DNA from: Pseudodesulfovibrio piezophilus C1TLV30
GTDB lineage: Bacteria; Desulfobacterota; Desulfovibrionia; Desulfovibrionales; Desulfovibrionaceae
Assembly: GCF_000341895.1 (NCBI RefSeq)
Contig: NC_020409.1
Span: forward strand, 2,550,001-2,582,000
Length of the DNA stretch: 32,000 nt
Direction: 5' to 3'
In this document: positions 15,740 through 24,111 of the stretch, piece after piece
Position numbering within the stretch: position 1 is the first letter of the stretch
How the letters are laid out: the number at the start of each line of letters is the position of its first letter
Notes under the pieces: model-generated
The model's input: only the letters and a program-made list of their open reading frames with translations
The model's database searches: none
What the model was told of the DNA's origin: nothing
Translations under genes and position numbers: made by a program

Positions 15740-16732
15740 TTACGCCTCCATGTTCTGCACCGAAAGGATGCTTTTTCGGTTATTGTATTGTTCAACAACA
15801 ATTCTGATTTCCTCAGCACTTGTGCTCGGCAACGGTAGCTTTCCGTCATTGTTGTAGCTTTCAGCGAGGTTCAAGGTATAGCCGGCAGGGTAGACATGGA
15901 AAATATAGGTTCCATCAAAAGGTAAAAGAACGTCGCTGAAGAAGCTTGGAGCTTCCAGAGTCCAGAGGATATGATTGCGTTCCACTTCCAGGGTGAGGAG
16001 ATCGACCCCTGAATAAAGTTGGGCTTCGTCGCCGAAAACCGTTTGTAGGATATCCGGGATATCTGCTTTGAGAATGGTGGTATCAGCAGGTTCAGCATCA
16101 AGAAGAGCCAGAGCGTCGAGGGAGGATTGGGCTGTTGCCATAGCCCGACCTGTTGCGCCAAAACCAAGATTACTGAGCGCCTCTTCGATATCCCTGCCCC
16201 CTGTACCTCCTTCACCGATCGAGAGCGGGATTCCGACCATACCTATATCTCCGGCCTGCTTGTTGATCAGGTTGTCACCGGATTCATTCCACGCGATAAG
16301 ACGCCCGGGGTCTGGTTCAGGCAGTTCAACACCACTCACGGCAGATGAAACACGAAAGGTGATCGTTCGATCCAATCGTTCGGAAAGTGTCTGGCAGATC
16401 ATCGTCAGTTTATCCAGAGCCGCTTCATGTGTGGCTGCGGGAAAGGCGTCGTTTTCTACATAATCAACTTCCTGGACAATGGACGGGTTGCGTCTGATGA
16501 CAAGATGTTCTCCTTTTGCCGGAGCCGAAGTCATGGTGCAGATCCCGCCTGTATGATGTCCAGCCCCGGAAAGTTGATAATCTGTACTGATGGTTTGAAC
16601 TGTTTCGGTGTCCGGAGATGATAGGACGACTTCGAGATCATTATTTTCGAGGAAGAGAAAAGGCACTGCAAACAGTGTTGTTGAGCCATTCCCCATATAT
16701 ATGACCCGTGATTGGGTGGATGAGATTGTCAT
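15740..16732 (-). CDS. Tail fibre protein with a T7 gp17-like N-terminal (tail-attachment) domain
   Basis: 330 aa with an AGGAG RBS. The N-terminus is VIYMGNGSTTLFAVPFLFLENNDLEVVL...TDYQL...GEHLVIRRNPSIVQEVDYVENDAFPAATHEAALDKL. It parallels T7 gp17 (LTYQLDGSNRDFNIPFEYL...TDYRF...IELRRVT...DFTDGSILRAYDLN). Confidence 0.75.
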   Translation of the reverse strand: MTISSTQSRVIYMGNGSTTLFAVPFLFLENNDLEVVLSSPDTETVQTISTDYQLSGAGHHTGGICTMTSAPAKGEHLVIRRNPSIVQEVDYVENDAFPAATHEAALDKLTMICQTLSERLDRTITFRVSSAVSGVELPEPDPGRLIAWNESGDNLINKQAGDIGMVGIPLSIGEGGTGGRDIEEALSNLGFGATGRAMATAQSSLDALALLDAEPADTTILKADIPDILQTVFGDEAQLYSGVDLLTLEVERNHILWTLEAPSFFSDVLLPFDGTYIFHVYPAGYTLNLAESYNNDGKLPLPSTSAEEIRIVVEQYNNRKSILSVQNMEA

Positions 16733-16735
16733 GGT

Positions 16736-17212
16736 TTATCTCCTTGAGTTGTAAATGGTTGATCCCAGGGAAAGAGTGGAAGAAGGCGTCTTTAGGTCGT
16801 TGTTGATGCGGAACATATTTGCTTCACGGCGTCCTTGTTTCAGGGTCTTTTGTGCTGCATGTTCTCCTTCAAAGAGCAAGTCTTCTTCCTTTTGTCTGTC
16901 CTGGAGTTTGTCTGAGTCCCTGATCAATTGTTTCGAACCGCTCATGGCCAGATTGGATTGTCCCCATTTCGTGTTTTTACGGCTTCTGTTCTCTTCAAGT
17001 TCCTCACGGGACTGGGTGGCTTGACCCCGAGCTTGTCTTCGCTGGTCACTGGCCGTTCCTGCGGCGTTCAACTCCATTAATTTCGCTTGCTCCTCGGCCA
17101 TTTTTGAAGGGTCTGCCGATTCAGAACTCGACCCCATGAATTTATCTGTGAGTTTATCGAACATGGTGACCCCCTGTTCAAATTGGTCCATTGCCTGTTG
17201 GTCGATACCCAT
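16736..17212 (-). CDS. Hypothetical charged phage protein (possible internal/assembly protein)
   Basis: 158 aa with an AGGAG RBS. It lies between the nozzle and fibre genes. It is rich in Gln/Arg/Glu and looks like a coiled coil. Confidence 0.55.
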   Translation of the reverse strand: MGIDQQAMDQFEQGVTMFDKLTDKFMGSSSESADPSKMAEEQAKLMELNAAGTASDQRRQARGQATQSREELEENRSRKNTKWGQSNLAMSGSKQLIRDSDKLQDRQKEEDLLFEGEHAAQKTLKQGRREANMFRINNDLKTPSSTLSLGSTIYNSRR

Positions 17213-17239
17213 GGTGTACTCCTTTGTTGTAGTCTGTTG

Positions 17240-19336
17240 TTATTCGTTGGTAATTGAGGTGGGGACAATGAGGAGGATGGTCATGGGCAAGGGTTGCTCC
17301 TGAGTAACGGTCAGAAGACCTTCCCGTGTCCATCCCTTGGGGAAAGTGATGGATTTATCGCCGGAGAAAGCACCGACAGATTGATCCATGGGAATTGCCG
17401 ATGACCGGAAATTCAAGGATTCAAGCTTGTTTGCGCTCGGGCCGATCTTACCCCCCAGAGTCTCGTGAAATCGAACGGAGACTTTGGTGATTCGTTGCCG
17501 TTTTGTCTGGGTCGTTCCGCGTTGGCTTCCGCCTTCAAGTCGCATGGGTTGAACCGAGGAGACATAAGGAAGCCCCGCGTGAACCGTGGACGAAGGGCGA
17601 TCAAGTGTAATGGCTCCGGTATCAGAAACCACCTTGTCCGTTTGTACAGAGCCATCAGCCAAGACTGTCACTGTCCTTCCGGCCAAATGGTCCAGTCCTG
17701 TCAGTTCCGTGATACTTTCGCCTGAGTAGCTCAATCCGCTGTCAACGAAGAAGGCCTCTTCGATCACGCCGGAAAAGCCTTTTTCCAAATATTCAATGTA
17801 GCGCCTGACCTCTCCCTGCACTTCTCGCCGGACAACCACCCACAGCTCGTCTCGTTTGCTGATATCGCTGTATATGGACGTCACCCCTTCCACGACACCA
17901 TCGGTCTCGTGTCGGGACCATGCCGCGACATCCTGAGAAGGATCGTATGTCAAGGCCGCAAGAAGGCCGTCATTGCGGACGCAATACAGAACTGCATCCG
18001 GCTCTTGCACAAAGGCAAGTTGGGTGACGCCAGTCTCAGTGATATGTTCTGACAGGAGGCTCAAGTCTTTGGAAACATAGGCATCAGATTCAAACCGATA
18101 TGCCATTTCTCGAATCTTTCGGCCCGATCGCTGGATGAAAAGAGTCGCGAATCCGACTGATTCCGGTCTGGATCGGGCGGCACCGCAGGTGCCTTCATGA
18201 TTGGCTTTGACATTCTCCGGAGAGAGCGCTTCACTGCTTGCGCCTGAGACCGTCCATTCTCCACCTGCGGTTCCGATCCACAATCGACTTCGAGGAACCA
18301 TGAACTCTATAGCATTGGCCTGCCGCCCGGAAAGCGTGACTTCGATTCCATCGTCACTCAGGGGCGAGTCGCCTGCCTGGGCGTCGGTTCTTTCTCCAAC
18401 CTCGAAGGAGTCCCAATATTGTTCATTGAGCACTCCATCAGACGTCCATATCGGCTCAATGGTGTTTGCGGCAGTTGAATCCTTGAAGGTAATGGTCTCG
18501 TTATCGCCGGATGCCACAAAGCTTTTCGTTCCCTTGTATCGATAGTAACGAGTGATACCGTCGCAGTCCTGGCCTTTGATACCATCCTTGTTTTCGAATC
18601 CGTCTCCGTCCAATAGAGTGAAGGTGTCGCCGCTTTGGCCATTGCGAACGCCATCCGAGTTGGAGTCGAGAATTTCCCGGTCTCGCCATCCATCCAAAGG
18701 GACTTCGCGCGTCTTGAGACGAAAATCCGTCATTTCTCCGGTGCGGGAAAACCAAAGCGTGCCGGGTTCATTCGGGGTCGCGGCCAGAACAAGTCGTTGC
18801 TCAAAGAAACAGACCGCCGAGGGGTAATTCTCTGGTCCCCAGACCTCGGGTTGGCCCATGAATTCCAGCTCTTCCAATGCCCAGTCATCATGGTCGAGGC
18901 GGGTCATCTTGCGAACAGGGTGCGAAGGGTGGATCAGGATCAGAATATCCGCAGTCTGAGCAAAACGCAGATCTTCAAGTTCTTCGGCTTTATATGGAAT
19001 ATCGCGGAGATATTCTTCTCCATCCGAAAGGACGACGCCATGGTCGGCAAAAACACGCATCCTACCCTGACCCGAATCCTCTTCGCCGAATTCGAGCACA
19101 TACGTTTGCGCCCCGTTGAACTCGAAGGGAATAAGCAAGGTCGGTTTGTTTTGACTGATCGCCTGTGCCACAAAACGGAAGCCGGATCTTCGAGTGATGC
19201 CTCCGTGAGGGTGGATATGAAAGTTTTTCAGCTTCCGGCATCCATTATAGTATTTAGAGAGGTCAGTTCGCCCTTCAAGCCGGGGGCTCATCTCTCCGGC
19301 TGTGAAATTGGTCAGTGACGGTGTGGAAATACTCAT
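17240..19336 (-). CDS. Tail tubular protein B / nozzle (T7 gp12-like)
   Basis: 698 aa with an AGGAGA RBS 8 nt upstream. The N-terminus (FTAGEMSPRLEGRTDLSKYYNGCRKLKNFHIHPHGGITRRSGFRFV) and the C-terminus (ITKVSVRF...LTVTQEQPLPMTILLIVP) follow the conserved ends of gp12-like nozzle proteins (T7: GGISQQPD...; ...SDETTPLNIIGCGWEG). Confidence 0.7.
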   Translation of the reverse strand: MSISTPSLTNFTAGEMSPRLEGRTDLSKYYNGCRKLKNFHIHPHGGITRRSGFRFVAQAISQNKPTLLIPFEFNGAQTYVLEFGEEDSGQGRMRVFADHGVVLSDGEEYLRDIPYKAEELEDLRFAQTADILILIHPSHPVRKMTRLDHDDWALEELEFMGQPEVWGPENYPSAVCFFEQRLVLAATPNEPGTLWFSRTGEMTDFRLKTREVPLDGWRDREILDSNSDGVRNGQSGDTFTLLDGDGFENKDGIKGQDCDGITRYYRYKGTKSFVASGDNETITFKDSTAANTIEPIWTSDGVLNEQYWDSFEVGERTDAQAGDSPLSDDGIEVTLSGRQANAIEFMVPRSRLWIGTAGGEWTVSGASSEALSPENVKANHEGTCGAARSRPESVGFATLFIQRSGRKIREMAYRFESDAYVSKDLSLLSEHITETGVTQLAFVQEPDAVLYCVRNDGLLAALTYDPSQDVAAWSRHETDGVVEGVTSIYSDISKRDELWVVVRREVQGEVRRYIEYLEKGFSGVIEEAFFVDSGLSYSGESITELTGLDHLAGRTVTVLADGSVQTDKVVSDTGAITLDRPSSTVHAGLPYVSSVQPMRLEGGSQRGTTQTKRQRITKVSVRFHETLGGKIGPSANKLESLNFRSSAIPMDQSVGAFSGDKSITFPKGWTREGLLTVTQEQPLPMTILLIVPTSITNE

Positions 19337-19385
19337 GTCGCATGTCTCCTCTTTGTTCTCCTGGACGGTTCGGGTATGCGACAGA

Positions 19386-19478
19386 GGCTATCACCGGTTT
19401 GTGCGGCAGGATGAAAAAGGGTGTGAGCGGGCGTGAGCGGGTTCTACAGGGATGACATTCCCTGTTGACAGGGTTTGT
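19386..19478 (-). promoter_or_regulatory. Conserved upstream regulatory module, copy B (tail operon)
   Basis: Read on the plus strand, the module runs in this order:
- ggctatcaccGGTTTG (GGTTTG at 19396-19401)
- GGATGAAAAAGGG (19409-19421)
- GGGTGTGAGCGGG (19419-19431)
- GGGCGTGAGCGGG (19429-19441)
- GGGATGACATTCC (19449-19461)
- TGTTGACAGGGTTTGT (19463-19478)
The last element is identical over 16 nt to 3661-3676. G-triplets recur every 10 nt. The module lies 50-142 nt upstream of the ATG at 19336. Confidence 0.6.
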
Positions 19479-19496
19479 GGGATGGGCAAGCAGGGA

Positions 19497-19547
19497 GCAA
19501 AAAACACCAGTGCCCACCCTTCGGAGTCATCCGAAGAGTGGGCACTG
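19497..19547 (-). terminator. Rho-independent terminator of the TPR-pfkB operon
   Basis: A 19-bp stem spans 19508-19547 (CAGTGCCCAC.CTTCGGA, loop GTCA, TCCGAAG.GTGGGCACTG) with one mismatch. On the minus strand it is followed by GTGTTTTTTGC. It insulates tail-module copy B from upstream transcription. Confidence 0.85.
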
Positions 19548-19573
19548 TGGCTTCCGCCAAAAAGAGAGAACTT

Positions 19574-19831
19574 CTAATTAGCGGTCAGGCGACTGGAATG
19601 CTGATCGTTCTTTTCCCTGTTCAGGCGAATGACCTGCGTGGTGAACGACGTTTCACCGGGATGACATCCGGGGCATCCTTCGGAGAGGATAAGGCACCGT
19701 TCGTCGAGTGAAGCTGCGTCGATCTGGGCCATTGCCAGGAGTTTTGTGGTCAATCCGTTCTCCCAGAGGACCGGCTGGCCGCACTGGTTGCATTCCACGT
19801 ACAGCATTTCTGGATCGAATTGTCTGGTCAT
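19574..19831 (-). CDS. Small Cys-pair (zinc-ribbon-like) protein
   Basis: The track ORF 19574..20080 overlaps pfkB. The ATG at 19831 gives 85 aa with CNQCGQ...CPGCHPG. The RBS is weak, so the call is tentative. Confidence 0.45.
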   Translation of the reverse strand: MTRQFDPEMLYVECNQCGQPVLWENGLTTKLLAMAQIDAASLDERCLILSEGCPGCHPGETSFTTQVIRLNREKNDQHSSRLTAN

Positions 19832-19901
19832 ATCATTATGGTAAACATCCAGAGGCCCGATGACAAGGGCAGTGGGGGTGAAAGAACCGAGGTGTCGCGA
19901 A

Positions 19902-20786
19902 TTATAATGCAGTGATGGTGAGTTGTTTGGGAATCGGTGGCATGGCCCCGGATTGCCCGCAAACATGGGCGGCCACTCGAGTGGCATAGCGATTGATCGT
20001 GTCCAGGTTGTGCCCGTGCAGTGAAGCAAGGGCAACGGCAGCAGTAAAAGAATCTCCGGCACCGATTGTATCCACCACACGAGTCGGGACTCCAGGTAGG
20101 TCTGAGAGCGCGTCTTCGGTCATGAGCAGGCTGCCGTTCTCTCCTCGTGTGAGGACGAGCAGCTCCAGAGCGTACTGCGCGCGCAGGAGTTCAAGGGCGT
20201 CTGTCTCATCTGTCGGCAAGGAGAACATGGCCTTGAGAATGTGCAACTCTTCGTCATTGATCTTGAGGACATTCGCCAGAGCCAGGGAGTCCTGTATCAG
20301 CGTGGGAGAGTAAAAATTCTGCCGTAGATTGATGTCAAAAATTCTCAGAGCTTGTGGTGCAGAGCGCAAGAGATCGGTGATGGCAGTGCGAGATGTTTCG
20401 GAGCGCTGAGCAAGGGTACCGAAACAGATAATGTCTGCGGAGGTCGCACGGTGCCGGGTCAATGTGCTGAAATTCAGATAATCCCAGGCAACATTATCGG
20501 GAAAAAGATAGGTGGCGACTCCTTGGGCATCAATGACGGCATTGACGGTGCCGGTCGGAGCAAAGGGATGTCGGGATATGCAGCTTGTTTCAAGGCCGCT
20601 GCGTTCGAGTACTTCCAGGGTTTCCTCTCCCAAATCGTCATCCCCGATAGAGGATACGGGGATGCCAAGGCCTCCCAAGGCGTTGATGTGATAGGCGAAA
20701 TTTGCTGGTGCACCGCCAAGTTTTCGTCCGCTGGGTAGAATGTCCCACAGGATTTCACCCAAACCGAGAGCACAGAAGGGAGCCAT
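19902..20786 (-). CDS. PfkB-family carbohydrate kinase (fructokinase-like)
   Basis: 294 aa. The N-terminus (GEILWDILPSGRKLGGAPANFA) and the C-terminal DTIGAGDSFTAA ATP-binding motif are typical of ribokinase/PfkB sugar kinases. Confidence 0.9.
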   Translation of the reverse strand: MAPFCALGLGEILWDILPSGRKLGGAPANFAYHINALGGLGIPVSSIGDDDLGEETLEVLERSGLETSCISRHPFAPTGTVNAVIDAQGVATYLFPDNVAWDYLNFSTLTRHRATSADIICFGTLAQRSETSRTAITDLLRSAPQALRIFDINLRQNFYSPTLIQDSLALANVLKINDEELHILKAMFSLPTDETDALELLRAQYALELLVLTRGENGSLLMTEDALSDLPGVPTRVVDTIGAGDSFTAAVALASLHGHNLDTINRYATRVAAHVCGQSGAMPPIPKQLTITAL

Positions 20787-20788
20787 CT

Positions 20789-22141
20789 TTATTTGACCCG
20801 CTCGACAATGGCGCGGAGTTTGGCTTCAGTCAACATACGCAGAGCATCGGAAGTGGGGCGTGAGCCTGTTTTTTCAAGCAGGGTGATATAATTGTCCAAA
20901 GCGGGTTCCAAGAGCGAATGATCCGGTCCCAAAGAAGATTCATAGGCAGCGAGGCCTTGCTCATAGAGGGATGCAGCCTCTGCTTCATGACCGGTTTTGT
21001 CCAGAAAGAGTGCCAGATTGCATAAGGATTGGGCTGTCTCTGGGTGGTCCTCTCCGTAGGTCGACCGACGTACTTCAAGGCTTTCTCGAAAGTGATTTTC
21101 TGCGGCATTTTCATGACCAAGCTCATCCTGAAGCAGGCCTACCATGTTGAGGTCTGCGGCCACTTCCGGGTGATTGTTTCCATAGATATCACGGTTTATT
21201 TCCAGAGATCGTTCTGCCAGGCGAAGCGCTTCTTCCGGCTTGTTCATGGCCTCATAAAGCAAGGCAAGATTACTCAGACAGGCGGCTATGGAGGGATGTC
21301 CATCGCCATGGGTTTGAGTCAGGACTCTCAGGCATTCCTTGAAGGTTGTTTCCGCTTCGTTCCATTTGCCGAGAGCCTGGCGGACTACCGCCAGACTGTT
21401 GAGGATGGGAGCGGTGATTGGGTTTTTATCAGTGAAAATTTCCTTTTGCAGTTCCAGGCATCCCGCAAATGCGGTTTCGGCCCGCTCATGGTCTTGCCCT
21501 GCCCAGAGAACGTTTCCCAGCCCTTCCAGGTCGGCACAAATGTCAGGATGCTGCCGTCCCTTGAGAGCCACGTCCACAGCCAACGCATGATCCAGCAGAT
21601 CAGCGGCCTCGCTGTGACGATTTTGATAATGGAGAGAGAATCCGGCCTGGTGTAATACCCTGTTAGCCGCCGCGCTTGTGATTCCGAGATCCGTGACTAG
21701 TGTGCGGCAGGCCATGACATGGGGCATGAGCCACTCAACTGTCGGCCAATTGGCTGGTTCTGCATCGGGAAGGACGAGGTTGAGGGCGTAAATAGCCCTG
21801 CTTGCCCATTGAATACGTTCCTGAGACGTCATTGCTTCATGCAGGACATGCCGGACATCTTCGTGAAGTTGGAATATCTGTTCATCTGCATCGATTTTGA
21901 TCAGATGTCGTGTGATCAGTGGATTAATGGTTACTGTGGCGGCGAAAAAGGCCGCAGCCGGATTGATGAGAGAAGGATTATGCGGTGTCCCTTCCACTGA
22001 CAGGGCAAAATCATAGGGCAAGGGCGTTTCGGCCAGCATTGCGGCCATGTACAAGGCTTCGGCTGCTCCTGCCGCGTCTTTTTCCACTTCCTTGACAGCG
22101 TTCAGGATTTCCTTGGCGGAACGTGGGAATATATCGGTCAC
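20789..22141 (-). CDS. TPR-repeat protein (kinesin-light-chain-type TPR_12 repeats)
   Basis: 450 aa with repeated 42-aa units of the form A..L.NLA.LY...G....AE.L..R.L.I......HP..A. Its stop lies 2 nt before the pfkB start, so the two are likely an operon. Confidence 0.85.
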   Translation of the reverse strand: MTDIFPRSAKEILNAVKEVEKDAAGAAEALYMAAMLAETPLPYDFALSVEGTPHNPSLINPAAAFFAATVTINPLITRHLIKIDADEQIFQLHEDVRHVLHEAMTSQERIQWASRAIYALNLVLPDAEPANWPTVEWLMPHVMACRTLVTDLGITSAAANRVLHQAGFSLHYQNRHSEAADLLDHALAVDVALKGRQHPDICADLEGLGNVLWAGQDHERAETAFAGCLELQKEIFTDKNPITAPILNSLAVVRQALGKWNEAETTFKECLRVLTQTHGDGHPSIAACLSNLALLYEAMNKPEEALRLAERSLEINRDIYGNNHPEVAADLNMVGLLQDELGHENAAENHFRESLEVRRSTYGEDHPETAQSLCNLALFLDKTGHEAEAASLYEQGLAAYESSLGPDHSLLEPALDNYITLLEKTGSRPTSDALRMLTEAKLRAIVERVK

Positions 22142-22370
22142 GGACGGGCTCCTTTGCTTTCCGGCATTGAGTGTGTCCCCTATCCGTTTTGATGCTTGAA
22201 GACAAGTCGGTGGGTCGTGATTCCCTTCCCCTTTTCAGCTGGAATGGATGTCGCTCACCATGTCAGAGTGTCTATTCGATAGAGTATCGGAAAGTCTCTA
22301 GTCAGCTCAAGAAGGGAGCCATGGGGGGTGACCGTCATCCACGACTCCCTGTGCTTGCGTCTGCCTCTGG

Positions 22371-23999
22371 CTATCGTTTGATGCTGATTGTGGTGTTAAG
22401 CAAGGAATCGGAAGTGGTGATGACCTTGGTGTTTGCCTGGTATCCGCGTTGGGTGATAATCATGGTCGCGAACTCTTCCGCCAGGTCCACATTGCTCGTT
22501 TCCAGATAATTTTGCTGCATGGTGCCACGGCCGTTTTCATTGGCGACACCTTCAATTGGGTCACCGGAGGCATCGGTGGCCAGAAAGTTGGTGGAACCGG
22601 CACGACGAAGACCCCATTCACTATTGAAGCGATACATGGCGATCTGATAAAATTCTTCTGATTGTCCATTGGTAAAATGGCCTGTCAGAAATCCTTCTCG
22701 ATCCACGCTCGTGGTTTCGAGGTATCCCCATGAATATCCGTTCTGGTCTTGGTACAGGGTCACGGACCCGGAGTCATAATCCGTTGTAGATCGCGCATCC
22801 CGTTCTGCCAGATTGGCCATTCCTGCGAGGGCTGCCGTATTCGTCCCGACGGACGCGGCCCCTCCGGCTCCCGATGTCCAGGTTCCGGTACTGGATGAAA
22901 GACCAAAGTCGTAGGCGATAGTCTGAGCAGCTCCAATGGCCGCGCCTTCGCTTCCAAAAGTGTAGTCGAATTCTGGTCTGCCGTCTTCACTGAAGCTGGC
23001 CTGCCCCCAGGAAGACAGGCTCTTGCCGCCGGCCCCGCTGGAAGCATTCAGTGCAAATGCCGAATGGTCCACCAACTCGCCGGATGCGTTGAAAGTCAGA
23101 ATACCGAGTCCTGCCAGTCCGGCTGCCGAAGTCCCATATGCGCTGGAACCGTCAGAAGATGCGGGCATGGCGATCAGATATTCCCAATAGGTGAAACCGG
23201 AGGAGGCATTGGAGATTGCATTGGAGTCCACCGGGTCGAAGTAGATTGTCATATCCTGTTCATTCCCGTCTTCGTCATAGACATTCAAACTCGTTGAATA
23301 GGCGGGCAGGTTATTGCCGAAAGGAGATGAGGCATTTTCATTACTACTGGCGTCGTATGCTTCGAGCATGGCGAAAAAGGGGTTGCTGGAGCTGCTGTAT
23401 GTATCGCCAGCCATTGCATCAAGGTTGGTAACCATCTGGACGCTGGATGTGGCCAGAGGTTCGGACCTGATCAACCGGGTCGCTACACCATCGACAACAA
23501 TATCCTCATAGGGGAGTTGCACGTCCGAAGCTGCTGCCGCCACTTCTCCGGTTTCCCTGTCAACGGCATACCCTTGCAGACGATATCCCTGTGGATTGAC
23601 GAGGTATGCTTCATTGTCAAAGCGGAATGCCCCTGCCCGAGTATAATAGGAAGAGTCAGAACTGCTTCCGGTTCCGTTTGCATCGCGAATTCCGAAGAAT
23701 CCATTGCCTGTGATGGCGAGGTCAGTGACCGTGTTCGAGCTTTCGAGCGCGCCTTCTTCGAAGACATTGCGAATTTCTCCCATGCCCACGCCCATGCCTA
23801 TCTGGCTCGCATACTTGGCACCGGATTGATACTCTGCTCCGCCTCCTGCCATCTGTTTGCTGATCAGATCAGCGAAGAGGGCATCGGATTTCTTGTATCC
23901 GATTGTGTCGACATTGGCGAGGTTGTTACTGACGACCTGCATACGGTCGCCATGGGCAATGACACCTGTTGCGCCTATATACAAACTGGAAAAACTCAT
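22371..23999 (-). CDS. flgE: Flagellar hook protein FlgE
   Basis: The N-terminus is [37 protein letters not shown]. The C-terminus is [40 protein letters not shown]. These are the conserved hook/rod termini. The ATG at 23999 sits 5 nt after GGAGG (the track start at 24011 is a TTG). Confidence 0.95.
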   Translation of the reverse strand: MSFSSLYIGATGVIAHGDRMQVVSNNLANVDTIGYKKSDALFADLISKQMAGGGAEYQSGAKYASQIGMGVGMGEIRNVFEEGALESSNTVTDLAITGNGFFGIRDANGTGSSSDSSYYTRAGAFRFDNEAYLVNPQGYRLQGYAVDRETGEVAAAASDVQLPYEDIVVDGVATRLIRSEPLATSSVQMVTNLDAMAGDTYSSSSNPFFAMLEAYDASSNENASSPFGNNLPAYSTSLNVYDEDGNEQDMTIYFDPVDSNAISNASSGFTYWEYLIAMPASSDGSSAYGTSAAGLAGLGILTFNASGELVDHSAFALNASSGAGGKSLSSWGQASFSEDGRPEFDYTFGSEGAAIGAAQTIAYDFGLSSSTGTWTSGAGGAASVGTNTAALAGMANLAERDARSTTDYDSGSVTLYQDQNGYSWGYLETTSVDREGFLTGHFTNGQSEEFYQIAMYRFNSEWGLRRAGSTNFLATDASGDPIEGVANENGRGTMQQNYLETSNVDLAEEFATMIITQRGYQANTKVITTSDSLLNTTISIKR

Positions 24000-24096
24000 A
24001 CCTGCCTCCAATCCGGCCTTAACCCGGATCTGGTTGGGAACGTCCGGGAGACCAATCCCGGCAAATATTTCCCGATTCCTTCTCGGTGTGTAAAAA

Positions 24097-24111
24097 GCAA
24101 TCTATGTGCCA
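24097..24111 (-). promoter_or_regulatory. Sigma54 (-24/-12) promoter of flgE
   Basis: The minus strand reads TGGCAC-ATAGA-TTGC, an exact match to the TGGCAC-N5-TTGC consensus. It lies ~98 nt upstream of the flgE ATG. Confidence 0.8.

Noticed and set aside
15739-15849. An N-terminal extension of the 802-aa fibre ORF.
   Set aside because: It overlaps the upstream fibre gene. The ATG at 15738 is preceded by GGAGG and immediately follows the upstream stop.
19874-19889. GGGGGTGAAAGAACCG between pfkB and the small Cys-protein gene resembles one unit of the GGGTG array.
   Set aside because: It is a single unit with no phased partners, no GGTTTG flanks and no TGTTGACAGGGTTTGT box. It may be a chance match.
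19832-20080. An N-terminal extension of the 19574..20080 ORF.
   Set aside because: It overlaps the 3' end of pfkB in another frame. Only the last 85 codons, with the Cys pairs, lie in intergenic DNA.
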